Position numbers and translations under genes: made by a program. A stretch of 25,805 nucleotides of DNA from a virus (Duplodnaviria; Caudoviricetes): positions 1 to 25,805 of IMG/VR virus record IMGVR_UViG_3300049172_000013, one strand, 5' to 3'. The notes under the pieces were generated by a model. The model was not told the origin of the DNA and did not search any database. It saw only the letters and a list, made by a program, of their open reading frames with translations. Shown one piece after another: positions 1 to 7,126 of this stretch; positions within the stretch are counted from its first letter, which is position 1; each line of letters begins with the position of its first letter.

Positions 1-519
1 CTGCCGGACAGCACCGGCACGCAGCGGCGGGCGATCGACTACGACACCAAACCCGCAAACGACAACACGCCCACAGCCGAGCGCGTCCAACACGGCCGGG
101 ACAATTTCGAGCGTCTGCTAGTCCGTGGCCAGATTGACGAGGACAAGGAAGTTGCCGCGACGCTGTATGCGGCAGGTCTGCGCTACGAGACCGAGCACGG
201 CCTAGCCTACGCCAGCGGCTACAGCTCGCCCGACTATGCCAAGCCCGTCGTTGATGGCTCTGGTGGCACAGTGACGCCGATTACCGAGCGGGCGGAGGTG
301 GCTAGGGGCAGAATACGCGAGGCCCGCAAGGCAATGGGAGAGCACGCCGACGTGGTCGATGCCGTCGTAATCCACGGCATGACGCTCGAGGCTGCTGGTC
401 GGAGGTATTGCGGTTACCGAAGCGCCAAGATGGCGAGCGCCGCGGCGTCCGTGCATCTCAACAGCGGATTGCGTGTGCTTGCTGTCCTCTATGGAGTGGC
501 TGTTCGGAGGGCGGCATGA
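1..519 (+). CDS. 5'-truncated DUF6456-like phage protein, putative late transcription regulator
   Basis: Frame 1 is open from base 1 to TGA 517-519 (LPDSTGTQRRAIDYDTKPANDN...YAAGLRY...VDGSGG...VVIHGMTLEAAGRRYCG...LNSGLRVLAVLYG); helical HTH-like C-terminus; lies upstream of late genes. The ORF track start at 271 is internal. Confidence 0.65.
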   Translation: MPDSTGTQRRAIDYDTKPANDNTPTAERVQHGRDNFERLLVRGQIDEDKEVAATLYAAGLRYETEHGLAYASGYSSPDYAKPVVDGSGGTVTPITERAEVARGRIREARKAMGEHADVVDAVVIHGMTLEAAGRRYCGYRSAKMASAAASVHLNSGLRVLAVLYGVAVRRAA

Positions 520-1091
520 TGCTTAGCTATCTCATCGATATTTTCTGCGGTCGCCCCTACGAGCCTGTGAAATCCATCGAGTCTGCGCCACCAGCCAAGA
601 AAGCCCCACCGGCGCGCAAAAAAGATTACTGGGAGGACAGGTGCGATTGGACGCCGGAGAGGACGGCGAACAAAGCGGCGTATGAAGCCGAATCGGACAG
701 GTTGATTGCGGAAGCATATTCGCAAGACAAAGCTGCAGCGTTGGTTGAGCGCGTCAATGTTGACGTAGAGCAGACGCCGTCTGGATCTTTCCTGCATGGA
801 GTCAGGCTGGAACACATTGTGCGTGTGACGGAAGATTGTCAGATGGCACATGATTATTTTCGATATCGGACGCAGCACTATGATGCCACATATTGGGATT
901 GTCCCATAAAGCCCCACGTAGGCGTGCCTTTCGGCACGATACAGCTTCATCTCGTGTCCGGCGAAAAGATCGATGTGGCGCGATCGACCTACTACGGCGC
1001 GGAAACCGTGCGGCTAGCTTACGAGCGGGCGCTAAAGACTGGTGAAGGCCAGACAAGTGCGCCGGCGCTGGTTGTGGACCTGGCCACATGA
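516..1091 (+). CDS. hypothetical phage protein (191 aa)
   Basis: GGAGG RBS at 506-510; ATG 516 overlaps upstream stop (ATGA); MMLSYLIDIFCGRPYEP... Confidence 0.75.
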   Translation: MMLSYLIDIFCGRPYEPVKSIESAPPAKKAPPARKKDYWEDRCDWTPERTANKAAYEAESDRLIAEAYSQDKAAALVERVNVDVEQTPSGSFLHGVRLEHIVRVTEDCQMAHDYFRYRTQHYDATYWDCPIKPHVGVPFGTIQLHLVSGEKIDVARSTYYGAETVRLAYERALKTGEGQTSAPALVVDLAT

Positions 1092-1264
1092 TCCCGCCCC
1101 ACTACTTCGAACGGTTCAGCGCCAACAAGGCGCTAGGGCGCCGGTTCCGCCGGCGCTACCTGGGCAGGTTTCTCTGCGCAACCACGACGTGGGTTGATGG
1201 CGGCCCGAACAAGACAGAATGGTTTTTTGTGAAGACTAGCTTTGTGACTTTCGGGAGGGATTGA
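1088..1264 (+). CDS. small basic hypothetical protein (58 aa), absent from the ORF track
   Basis: MIPPHYFERFSANKALGRRFRRRYLGRFLCATTTWVDGGPNKTEWFFVKTSFVTFGRD; ATGA overlap at 5' end and TGATG overlap at 3' end fill the gap exactly. Confidence 0.65.
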   Translation: MIPPHYFERFSANKALGRRFRRRYLGRFLCATTTWVDGGPNKTEWFFVKTSFVTFGRD

Positions 1265-1512
1265 TGATCTGCAATAATCCATACGACGAGATTAACGACC
1301 TGAAAGAAGCGCATTCGGCAGAGTTGGCTGAGTTGCATGATTGGCAACTCGAAATCATGCGGGACATGCTTCGCCGTTACGACACACTGCGCAATGCGGC
1401 GCTTGAAGTGCTGAAGCATCGGGTTGGAGATATGCCGACCTCCGGACATCTCCGCGACGCAGACGCCAGCAGAACTGCGCTGAAGATTTTGGCGAAGGCA
1501 GTGGAGAATTGA
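1264..1512 (+). CDS. hypothetical helical phage protein
   Basis: GGGAGG RBS upstream; TGATG coupling; MICNNPYDEINDLKEAHSAEL... Confidence 0.7.
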   Translation: MICNNPYDEINDLKEAHSAELAELHDWQLEIMRDMLRRYDTLRNAALEVLKHRVGDMPTSGHLRDADASRTALKILAKAVEN

Positions 1513-1748
1513 TGATGGACATTAAAAACGCACCGTTTTTCGTAAAGGCTTCGATTTACGCCGGTGGTCTATTCGGGATTATCGTATCGGTCTTGGCCGT
1601 ATTTGGCGCTATATTCGCAGCGGTAATCTATTTCGTGGTGAGCATCCTGCAACTGCCAAGCGCTATTCAGCCCCCGGCCACAATGGCTATTTTCTTGTTC
1701 GTCGTATGCTTGATCGCCGCCGTTGTTGCTGCCTTGGAGGACGAATAA
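1512..1748 (+). CDS. small membrane protein with two hydrophobic segments
   Basis: GGAG RBS, TGATG coupling; two long hydrophobic stretches and acidic C-terminus (LEDE). Confidence 0.7.
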   Translation: MMDIKNAPFFVKASIYAGGLFGIIVSVLAVFGAIFAAVIYFVVSILQLPSAIQPPATMAIFLFVVCLIAAVVAALEDE

Positions 1749-1750
1749 TC

Positions 1751-1770
1751 CCACGGTGCACCACGGTACA
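1751..1770. repeat. tandem 10-bp direct repeat CCACGGTGCA/CCACGGTACA
   Basis: Seen directly, one mismatch; immediately upstream of an AT-rich TATAACTTAAATAA tract. Confidence 0.75.
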
Positions 1771-1800
1771 CCTCATAGCGTATAACTTAAATAACAGTTC
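1751..1800 (+). promoter_or_regulatory. candidate late promoter
   Basis: Repeat plus TATAAC -10-like hexamer at 1781-1786, just upstream of the structured RNA region; no consensus -35. Confidence 0.35.
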
Positions 1801-2265
1801 GAGATGTGCCTAGCACACCTCCACTCACTTCGGGACAAACCGCCGCCGGGATACGGGCAACGCCCTCCGCTAGCAGGCCGCGCGTTCCGAATACCCAAGG
1901 CGAAGCAGGCAGGCGCAGGCGGCATTTGTCCGCGCCGCACGGGTCGCAACCGCGCAGCCTTCCTTCGCCCTTCCATTCCGAACCGCGCTTTGCTCCTTTC
2001 GCGCGCTTCGGAACAAGCGGCGGGTTTGAGCGCCTGGCTGGTGGCCAGAGTCCTTTGGGACAGCTCCCCGCCGCTATAGAATTCGTTGCGGTAGCCATTC
2101 CGCCTAGATACCTGACGGGTCGGCAATGCTTCGGCAACCGGGATCGTCTCGGCCCCCACCTTGGTTTTATGGCCTTGGATGGTTGCGCCACGCCGCCGCG
2201 GGACAAAACAGCGCTATCGGCTCGGGTTGATCGCCGGGTACGTGCTGACAAATCCGCGGGGCAAC
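1801..2265 (+). ncRNA. series of structured RNA domains of unknown family upstream of the tRNA
   Basis: Consecutive closing helices: 1829-36/1884-91, 1899-1905/1963-69, 1976-82/2007-13, 2016-24/2067-75, 2088-2101/2177-88, 2192-2203/2253-62; no credible protein in this interval. Confidence 0.55.
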
Positions 2266-2270
2266 AATTC

Positions 2271-2344
2271 GCCCCTATAGTTTAACGGCAGAACACCTGT
2301 TTTGTACTCAGGTGGTCAGGGTTCAATTCCTTGTCGGGGCTCCA
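2271..2344 (+). tRNA. tRNA-Thr (anticodon TGT)
   Basis: Cloverleaf: acceptor GCCCCTA/TCGGGGC, D arm GTTT-AACGGCA-GAAC, anticodon arm CCTGT-TTTGTAC-TCAGG, T arm CAGGG-TTCAATT-CCTTG, encoded CCA at 2342-2344. Confidence 0.9.
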
Positions 2345-2349
2345 ATGTC

Positions 2350-2466
2350 GGGTTTGTACCAACCGTGCCCTGCATGGCCGCGCTCCCGAGTAACGTCCGC
2401 CGCAGACGTGCGAGCACAGGCGTTGCGTAAAAAGGTGGGTTGGTGACAGCCGGAAAGACGGCTCCA
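2350..2466 (+). ncRNA. C4-antisense-like structured RNA
   Basis: Long irregular hairpin (ACCAACC 2358-64 / GGTTGGT 2438-44; ACGTC/GACGT apex) followed by GTGACA-GCCG-GAAAGA-CGGC-TCCA, a motif I recall from phage C4-family RNAs; not verified. Confidence 0.45.
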
Positions 2467-2473
2467 AGTTTGC

Positions 2474-2527
2474 GTGCAATATAACACACATTCAGCCGAT
2501 TTACTTGAAATGTGTTCTATATTGCAC
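2474..2527. repeat. AT-rich imperfect inverted repeat
   Basis: GTGCAATATA (2474-83) / TATATTGCAC (2518-27) and inner ACACATT (2486-92) / AATGTGT (2509-15). Confidence 0.75.
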
Positions 2528-2552
2528 ATTCACCACCGCCCAAGGAGCGCCC

Positions 2553-2750
2553 ATGAACAACGTTCGCCTGATTAGGGACAACCACGGTGCGCTCCATATC
2601 GCAGTAGGCGACCACTATGCAGTTGGCGCTAGGGTGTCCAGCATCGCTACTATCGAAGGCGATCTGTCGGCCGTAGTCATCATCCCCATGAAGAACATCA
2701 CGGTCGAGGAGCAGTCGACTGTGGTGCCGTTTGTGCGTCGGGATGCGTGA
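2553..2750 (+). CDS. hypothetical phage protein (65 aa)
   Basis: AAGGAG RBS before ATG 2553; MNNVRLIRDNHGALHIAVG... Confidence 0.75.
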   Translation: MNNVRLIRDNHGALHIAVGDHYAVGARVSSIATIEGDLSAVVIIPMKNITVEEQSTVVPFVRRDA

Positions 2751-3045
2751 TGACCGCACAGTAGACACCAGGCCATGGCGTAAATGGTATGGCACGGCAC
2801 GGTGGCACAGGCTGCGTGAGTTACAGTTGGCTCAGCAGCCTCTATGTCAAATGTGCATACAGTATGAAGACGTAACCGTCGCCGATACAGTCGACCATGT
2901 GAAGCCCCATAAGGGTGACGTGCTGCTGTTCTGGGATGCAGACAATCTGCAAAGTCTATGCGCCGCGTGTCATAATAAAGACAAGCAGCGCATTGAACGG
3001 GGCGGTGACGCAACGCGCGTCGGACTCGATGGCTATCGGTCCTGA
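2743..3045 (+). CDS. terminase-associated HNH endonuclease (HK97 gp74-like)
   Basis: WYGTARW...QPLCQMC...VDHVKPHKGD...FWDADNLQSLCAACHN; directly upstream of TerS. Confidence 0.92.
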   Translation: MRDDRTVDTRPWRKWYGTARWHRLRELQLAQQPLCQMCIQYEDVTVADTVDHVKPHKGDVLLFWDADNLQSLCAACHNKDKQRIERGGDATRVGLDGYRS

Positions 3046-3054
3046 TTGTGCACC

Positions 3055-3178
3055 GCACAATGATTGCGCAACTTTATTGCGTGAAACATTCTCATTTGTT
3101 GCGTGAAACATCGAGTCGGCGCAAGATTGTTGCCTACCCCCCCTATCGATGTCTGGGGCCTCCAGGCCCCGCACCGGC
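3055..3178. promoter_or_regulatory. putative cos / packaging initiation region
   Basis: Between HNH and TerS; two TTGCGTGAAACAT repeats (3077-89, 3099-3111) inside an imperfect inverted repeat, then a C7 run and GGGGCC-TCCA-GGCCCC hairpin (3155-70). Confidence 0.55.
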
Positions 3179-3215
3179 GTCCAAGCTCAATGTTAGCGCT
3201 AATACAGGTTTTCCT

Positions 3216-3680
3216 ATGAGTAAGCGCAAGGCCAGAATCGACAGCGCGGCCGAGGCCGTGCGCGTCATGGCCAAGGCGACAACTGATATTGCCCCTCCGG
3301 CAAATGTCCCGCTCGACGCGGAAGACCTGCCGTTTTTTCGCAGCGTGATCGCTGAATACGCCCGGTCGGAATGGTCGGCGCATCAGCTCGAGCTTGCCGC
3401 GATGCTGGCGCGTACGATGGCGGACCTGACCACAGAGCAGAAGCTGCTGCGGGACGAGGGCGGTGTTGCCAAGACGGACAAGGGCACGCCGGTGGCCAAC
3501 CCTCGCAAGTCGATCGTGCAAATGCACGCCAGTTCGATCTTGTCGTTTCGCCGGTCTCTGTCGCTCCACGCGCGTGCGCAAGCGGGCGAGGCCAGGGACG
3601 TTGCTAAGCGTCGGGATGGCGCCAGGGCGATTGAGGCGGACAACCCGTTAGAGGACGACTTGCTGGCCCGGCCAGATTAG
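3216..3680 (+). CDS. terS: terminase small subunit (P27-like family)
   Basis: MSKRKARIDS...LRDEGGVAKTDKGTPVANP...LSL; position; start chosen at ATG 3216 rather than the track's 3048. Confidence 0.88.
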   Translation: MSKRKARIDSAAEAVRVMAKATTDIAPPANVPLDAEDLPFFRSVIAEYARSEWSAHQLELAAMLARTMADLTTEQKLLRDEGGVAKTDKGTPVANPRKSIVQMHASSILSFRRSLSLHARAQAGEARDVAKRRDGARAIEADNPLEDDLLARPD

Positions 3681-3694
3681 GAAGCGGTGGCGGT

Positions 3695-4318
3695 ATGACT
3701 AAGGGCGTGAACCCCGGCACTGGTCGGGGCTGCAGGTTCAAGGACCGCTCCGGAACAAGAAACGGTCGTTTAGTTTTTGTGAGGTCGCTCGGAGAGGACG
3801 TCCACCGTCATCATGTGTGGGAGGCCGTATGCGACTGCGGCAACGTAACAACCACGGCGACGCCCAACAAAACGCTTTCGTGCGGATGTCTGCAAAAAGA
3901 AACCGCCGCGAAAGTCCAGCGGGGCAAGGCTTTGCCGGAAGATGAGCGCAAGCGCCGCGCCGATGCAAACAGGATAGTGCAGCGTCGCCGGCGCAAGACA
4001 GACCCGGTCTTGGCAATGCAGGCCAGGCTGAGTCGGCTGCATAGATTTGCACTGATGCGCGTTGGAGCCGTTAAAAATTCTCCGACGCTTAAAAAGCTTG
4101 GCTATACGGCGACTGAATTCGCCGACCACATTGAGCGGCAATTCAGTGGCGGAATCGGCTGGCATAATATGGATCGGTGGCAAATAGACCACATAGTCCC
4201 GGTAAGCACAGCCAAAGACGAAGCTGACGTCGTTGCCCTCAATCAGTTATCAAACTTGAGGCCGATGTGGGCACTATCAAACAATCAAAAGAAAAACCAG
4301 AGGGTAAGCCTTCTGTAA
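3695..4318 (+). CDS. free-standing HNH homing-endonuclease-like protein
   Basis: N-terminal GRLVFV...W..VCDCGN...SCGC zinc motif and C-terminal WQIDHIVPVS...NLRPMWALSNNQKKN HNH motif. Confidence 0.8.
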   Translation: MTKGVNPGTGRGCRFKDRSGTRNGRLVFVRSLGEDVHRHHVWEAVCDCGNVTTTATPNKTLSCGCLQKETAAKVQRGKALPEDERKRRADANRIVQRRRRKTDPVLAMQARLSRLHRFALMRVGAVKNSPTLKKLGYTATEFADHIERQFSGGIGWHNMDRWQIDHIVPVSTAKDEADVVALNQLSNLRPMWALSNNQKKNQRVSLL

Positions 4319-4323
4319 AGACC

Positions 4324-5871
4324 ATGACCAGAGGCGAGCGAGTTATCGCCTTTATCCACCGATTCTGCAGGGTGCCAGAGGGAAATCTGCTTGGCAAGCC
4401 CGTTCAATTACTGGAATTCCAGCGCAAGTTCATCCTAGAAGTTTACGACAACCCGGCCGGCACGTCCCGCGCCTACCTGTCGATCGCGAGGAAGAACGGC
4501 AAAACTGGTTTGATTGCCTGCCTGCTGCTGGCGCATATCGTCGGGCCGGAGGCTTACCAGAACGGCCGGATCGTGTCGGGTGCCAGGTCACGCAAGCAGG
4601 CAGCCGAAGTTTTCAATTACGCCTCTAAAATGGTGATGATGTCGCCGGAGCTTACGAAGCTCGCGCGCATTATCCCGTCGGCCAAAACGATTATCGGCTA
4701 CGCAAAGAACGTCGAGTACCAAGCCATCTCGGCCGAGGCCAAAGGGGCGCACGGCGGCTCGCCAATCCTCGCCATCCTGGACGAGGCTGGGCAGATCAAG
4801 GGGCCAAACGACGACTTTGTCGAAGCTATTGAGACGTCGCAGGGTGCCTATGAAGGCAAGGCCATGCTGTTCGTCATCTCGACGCAGGCGGCGACCGACA
4901 ACGATTTGTTTTCGCGCTGGATAGACGACGCCGAGACGTCGAAGGATCCTCGCATTGTCAGCCACGTTTATTCAGCTCCGCCCGATTGTGACCTTCTAGA
5001 CCGTTCCGCCTGGGCTGCGGCTAACCCGGCGCTCGGGATTTTCAGGGCGCTAAAGGACGTTGAGGACTTCGCGAATATAGCGGCGCGTATGCCGACGTCG
5101 GAGGCCAGCTTTCGCTGGCTGTTCTTAAACCAGCGCATTGACGCGTCGGCGCCGTTCGTTGCTCCTGGCGCTTGGAAGGCTTGCGACGCCCCTGTGCTCG
5201 AGAGTTTCGAGGGGCTGCCGGTATTTGGCGGGCTCGATCTTTCGGAAGTTTCCGACCTTACGTCGCTCGTGCTTATGGCACCGAAGGACGGCGTCTGGCA
5301 CGTCAAGCCGACGTTCTGGCTGCCCGGCGACAGCCTGCGCGAAAGAGCGCGGGCTGACCGCGTTCCTTACGATATCTGGCACGACCAGCAGCTTCTGGAA
5401 AAAACACCAGGCCCAACGGTTGAATACGAGTACATCGCCGAGCACCTGCGCGGCTTGTTCGACACGCTAGACATTCGCAAGATTGCGTTTGACCGTTGGA
5501 ATTGGCGGCACCTTCGCCCCTGGCTCTTGAAGGTCGGCTTTAGCGACGACCAACTTGAAGGCGACAATGCCGTATTCTCAGAGTTCGGGCAGGGCTTTCA
5601 GTCCATGTCGCCGGCGCTGCGGGATTTGGAAAGCCTAATCCTGAACAAGAAGCTTGCCCACGGCGGGCAACCCGTCCTGACCATGTGCATGATGAATGCG
5701 ACGGTCAAAAAAGACCCGACTGGCAATCGCAAGTTGGACAAGCAGAAGTCACGCGGGCGAATTGATGGCGCCGTGGCCCTCGCCATGGCTGCAAGTTGCG
5801 CTGGCACGTATGAGCATCCCGCAGAAACAACTTCCTTCTGGCAAGTCTTAGACCCTGCCGGCTCCTACTAA
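4324..5871 (+). CDS. terL: terminase large subunit
   Basis: Walker A IARKNGKT, Walker B AILDE, ISTQ coupling motif, nuclease GLDLS..DLT and KSRGRIDGAVA; likely start MTRGERVIAFI at 4324. Confidence 0.96.
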   Translation: MTRGERVIAFIHRFCRVPEGNLLGKPVQLLEFQRKFILEVYDNPAGTSRAYLSIARKNGKTGLIACLLLAHIVGPEAYQNGRIVSGARSRKQAAEVFNYASKMVMMSPELTKLARIIPSAKTIIGYAKNVEYQAISAEAKGAHGGSPILAILDEAGQIKGPNDDFVEAIETSQGAYEGKAMLFVISTQAATDNDLFSRWIDDAETSKDPRIVSHVYSAPPDCDLLDRSAWAAANPALGIFRALKDVEDFANIAARMPTSEASFRWLFLNQRIDASAPFVAPGAWKACDAPVLESFEGLPVFGGLDLSEVSDLTSLVLMAPKDGVWHVKPTFWLPGDSLRERARADRVPYDIWHDQQLLEKTPGPTVEYEYIAEHLRGLFDTLDIRKIAFDRWNWRHLRPWLLKVGFSDDQLEGDNAVFSEFGQGFQSMSPALRDLESLILNKKLAHGGQPVLTMCMMNATVKKDPTGNRKLDKQKSRGRIDGAVALAMAASCAGTYEHPAETTSFWQVLDPAGSY

Positions 5872-5887
5872 ACAAAAAGGCGGCCTT

Positions 5888-7126
5888 ATGGGCATCTGGT
5901 CAAGGTTGACCGGCCGTAAGGCCGAGCAAAAATCTGTTGGATTTTCGCAGCAGTGGAACGATTATTTCGCATTGACTGCGCCGAAGTCTGGCGTTGCGGT
6001 GAACTGGCAGTCTGCGCTAGAGGTTTCTGTCGTCTACGCCTGCATTCGGGCCATTGCGAACGGCGTTGCGCAGGTTCCGCTGCGGGTTATGAAGGAACTT
6101 CCGAACGGGAAGGGATGGGAGCCGGCGCCGGAGCACTCGCTTTATAAGGTTTTGAACCGAAAGCCCAACCGTTGGCAGACGTCTTTCGCCATGCGAGAGA
6201 CTATGATTCTGCATCTTTGCCTAACTGGTGACGCTTTTTTCTACAAGAACATTGTACGAAATCAGGTAAAAGAGCTAATCCCCATTGAGCCGGGATGCGT
6301 TTCGTATAGGCGCAACCCGGATTATTCTATTACATACACGGTTTCTTCACCGGACGGCACGACGCAGGACTTCCCGCAGGAGCTTATCTGGCACATCCGC
6401 GGCCCGTCGTTCGATACGTGGCGCGGGCTGGATCCGGTTCGGCTGGCCCGCGAGACGATTGGCCTGACGATCGCCACTGAGAACACGCAGGCAGAGCTTC
6501 ACGCCAACGGCATGCAGATGTCGGGCACGTACTCGACGACCAACAAACTCGGCCCGGAAGATTACAAGCAGATTCAGAATTGGATCGCAGCGCAGACAGG
6601 TGGCGCTAACCGGCACAAGCCATTTGTCATCGACTCCGGCTTTACTTGGACGCCGCAGGCCATGTCCGGCGTAGACGCACAGCACCTCGAGACGCGTAAG
6701 TTTCAGGTCGAGCAGATTTGCCATGCGATCGGGGTGTTTCCTCCGATGATCGGGCACGCGGGCCAGGCAATGACGTTCGCCAGCGCCGAGCAAGTCTTTC
6801 AGGCGCACGTCGTTCATACGCTTTCGCCTTGGTATGAGAGAATCGAACAGTCGATCAGCAACGATTTGCTGGATGGGCCGGAAGACGAAGAGTATTTCGC
6901 CAAATTCAACTACAATGCCCTACAAAAGGGCGCCTTCAAGGACCGTTTCGAAGGCTACGCCAAGGCGCTCGGCAGCGGCGGGTCGCCCGCCTGGATGACG
7001 CAGAACGAAATCCGCGCGCTCGAGGACATGAACCCCAAGGAAGGCGGCGACGAGCTGCCCAAGCCGACGAACGCGGTGCCGTCAAGCGGCGCTGCTCCGG
7101 CCGAGGACACAAATAATGAAGATTGA
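5888..7126 (+). CDS. HK97-family portal protein
   Basis: VYACIRAIANGVAQVPL, KPNRWQT, DAQHLETRKFQVEQIC, MTQNEIRALED. Confidence 0.96.
   Translation: MGIWSRLTGRKAEQKSVGFSQQWNDYFALTAPKSGVAVNWQSALEVSVVYACIRAIANGVAQVPLRVMKELPNGKGWEPAPEHSLYKVLNRKPNRWQTSFAMRETMILHLCLTGDAFFYKNIVRNQVKELIPIEPGCVSYRRNPDYSITYTVSSPDGTTQDFPQELIWHIRGPSFDTWRGLDPVRLARETIGLTIATENTQAELHANGMQMSGTYSTTNKLGPEDYKQIQNWIAAQTGGANRHKPFVIDSGFTWTPQAMSGVDAQHLETRKFQVEQICHAIGVFPPMIGHAGQAMTFASAEQVFQAHVVHTLSPWYERIEQSISNDLLDGPEDEEYFAKFNYNALQKGAFKDRFEGYAKALGSGGSPAWMTQNEIRALEDMNPKEGGDELPKPTNAVPSSGAAPAEDTNNED

Noticed and set aside
1512-1748. Holin
   Set aside because: Two hydrophobic segments fit, but the C-terminus is acidic and no endolysin or spanin is nearby
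1787-1801. CtrA box (TTAA-N7-TTAA)
   Set aside because: Second half-site reads TTCG; only a half match
2028-2066. Hammerhead ribozyme (GAGTCC...GGAC stem II look-alike)
   Set aside because: Conserved CUGANGA and GAAA core nucleotides are missing
2271-2344. tRNA as prophage attachment site
   Set aside because: It is internal, flanked by phage genes on both sides, with no integrase and no long duplicated 3' end
1773-2529. Overlapping ORF-track entries (1773-2159, 1787-2251, 1804-2079, 1806-2285, 2282-2491, 2323-2529)
   Set aside because: Low-complexity Arg/Pro/Gly translations without recognisable motifs; several overlap the tRNA; better explained as non-coding
3048-3215. Extended TerS N-terminus from the ORF track (also upstream extensions at 408, 4267, 12357, 15845)
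   Set aside because: Extensions run through regulatory DNA or overlap upstream genes; downstream ATGs fit family N-termini better
3681-4323. Group I intron splitting the terminase
   Set aside because: Only 14 and 5 nt flank the HNH ORF, and terS and terL each look complete
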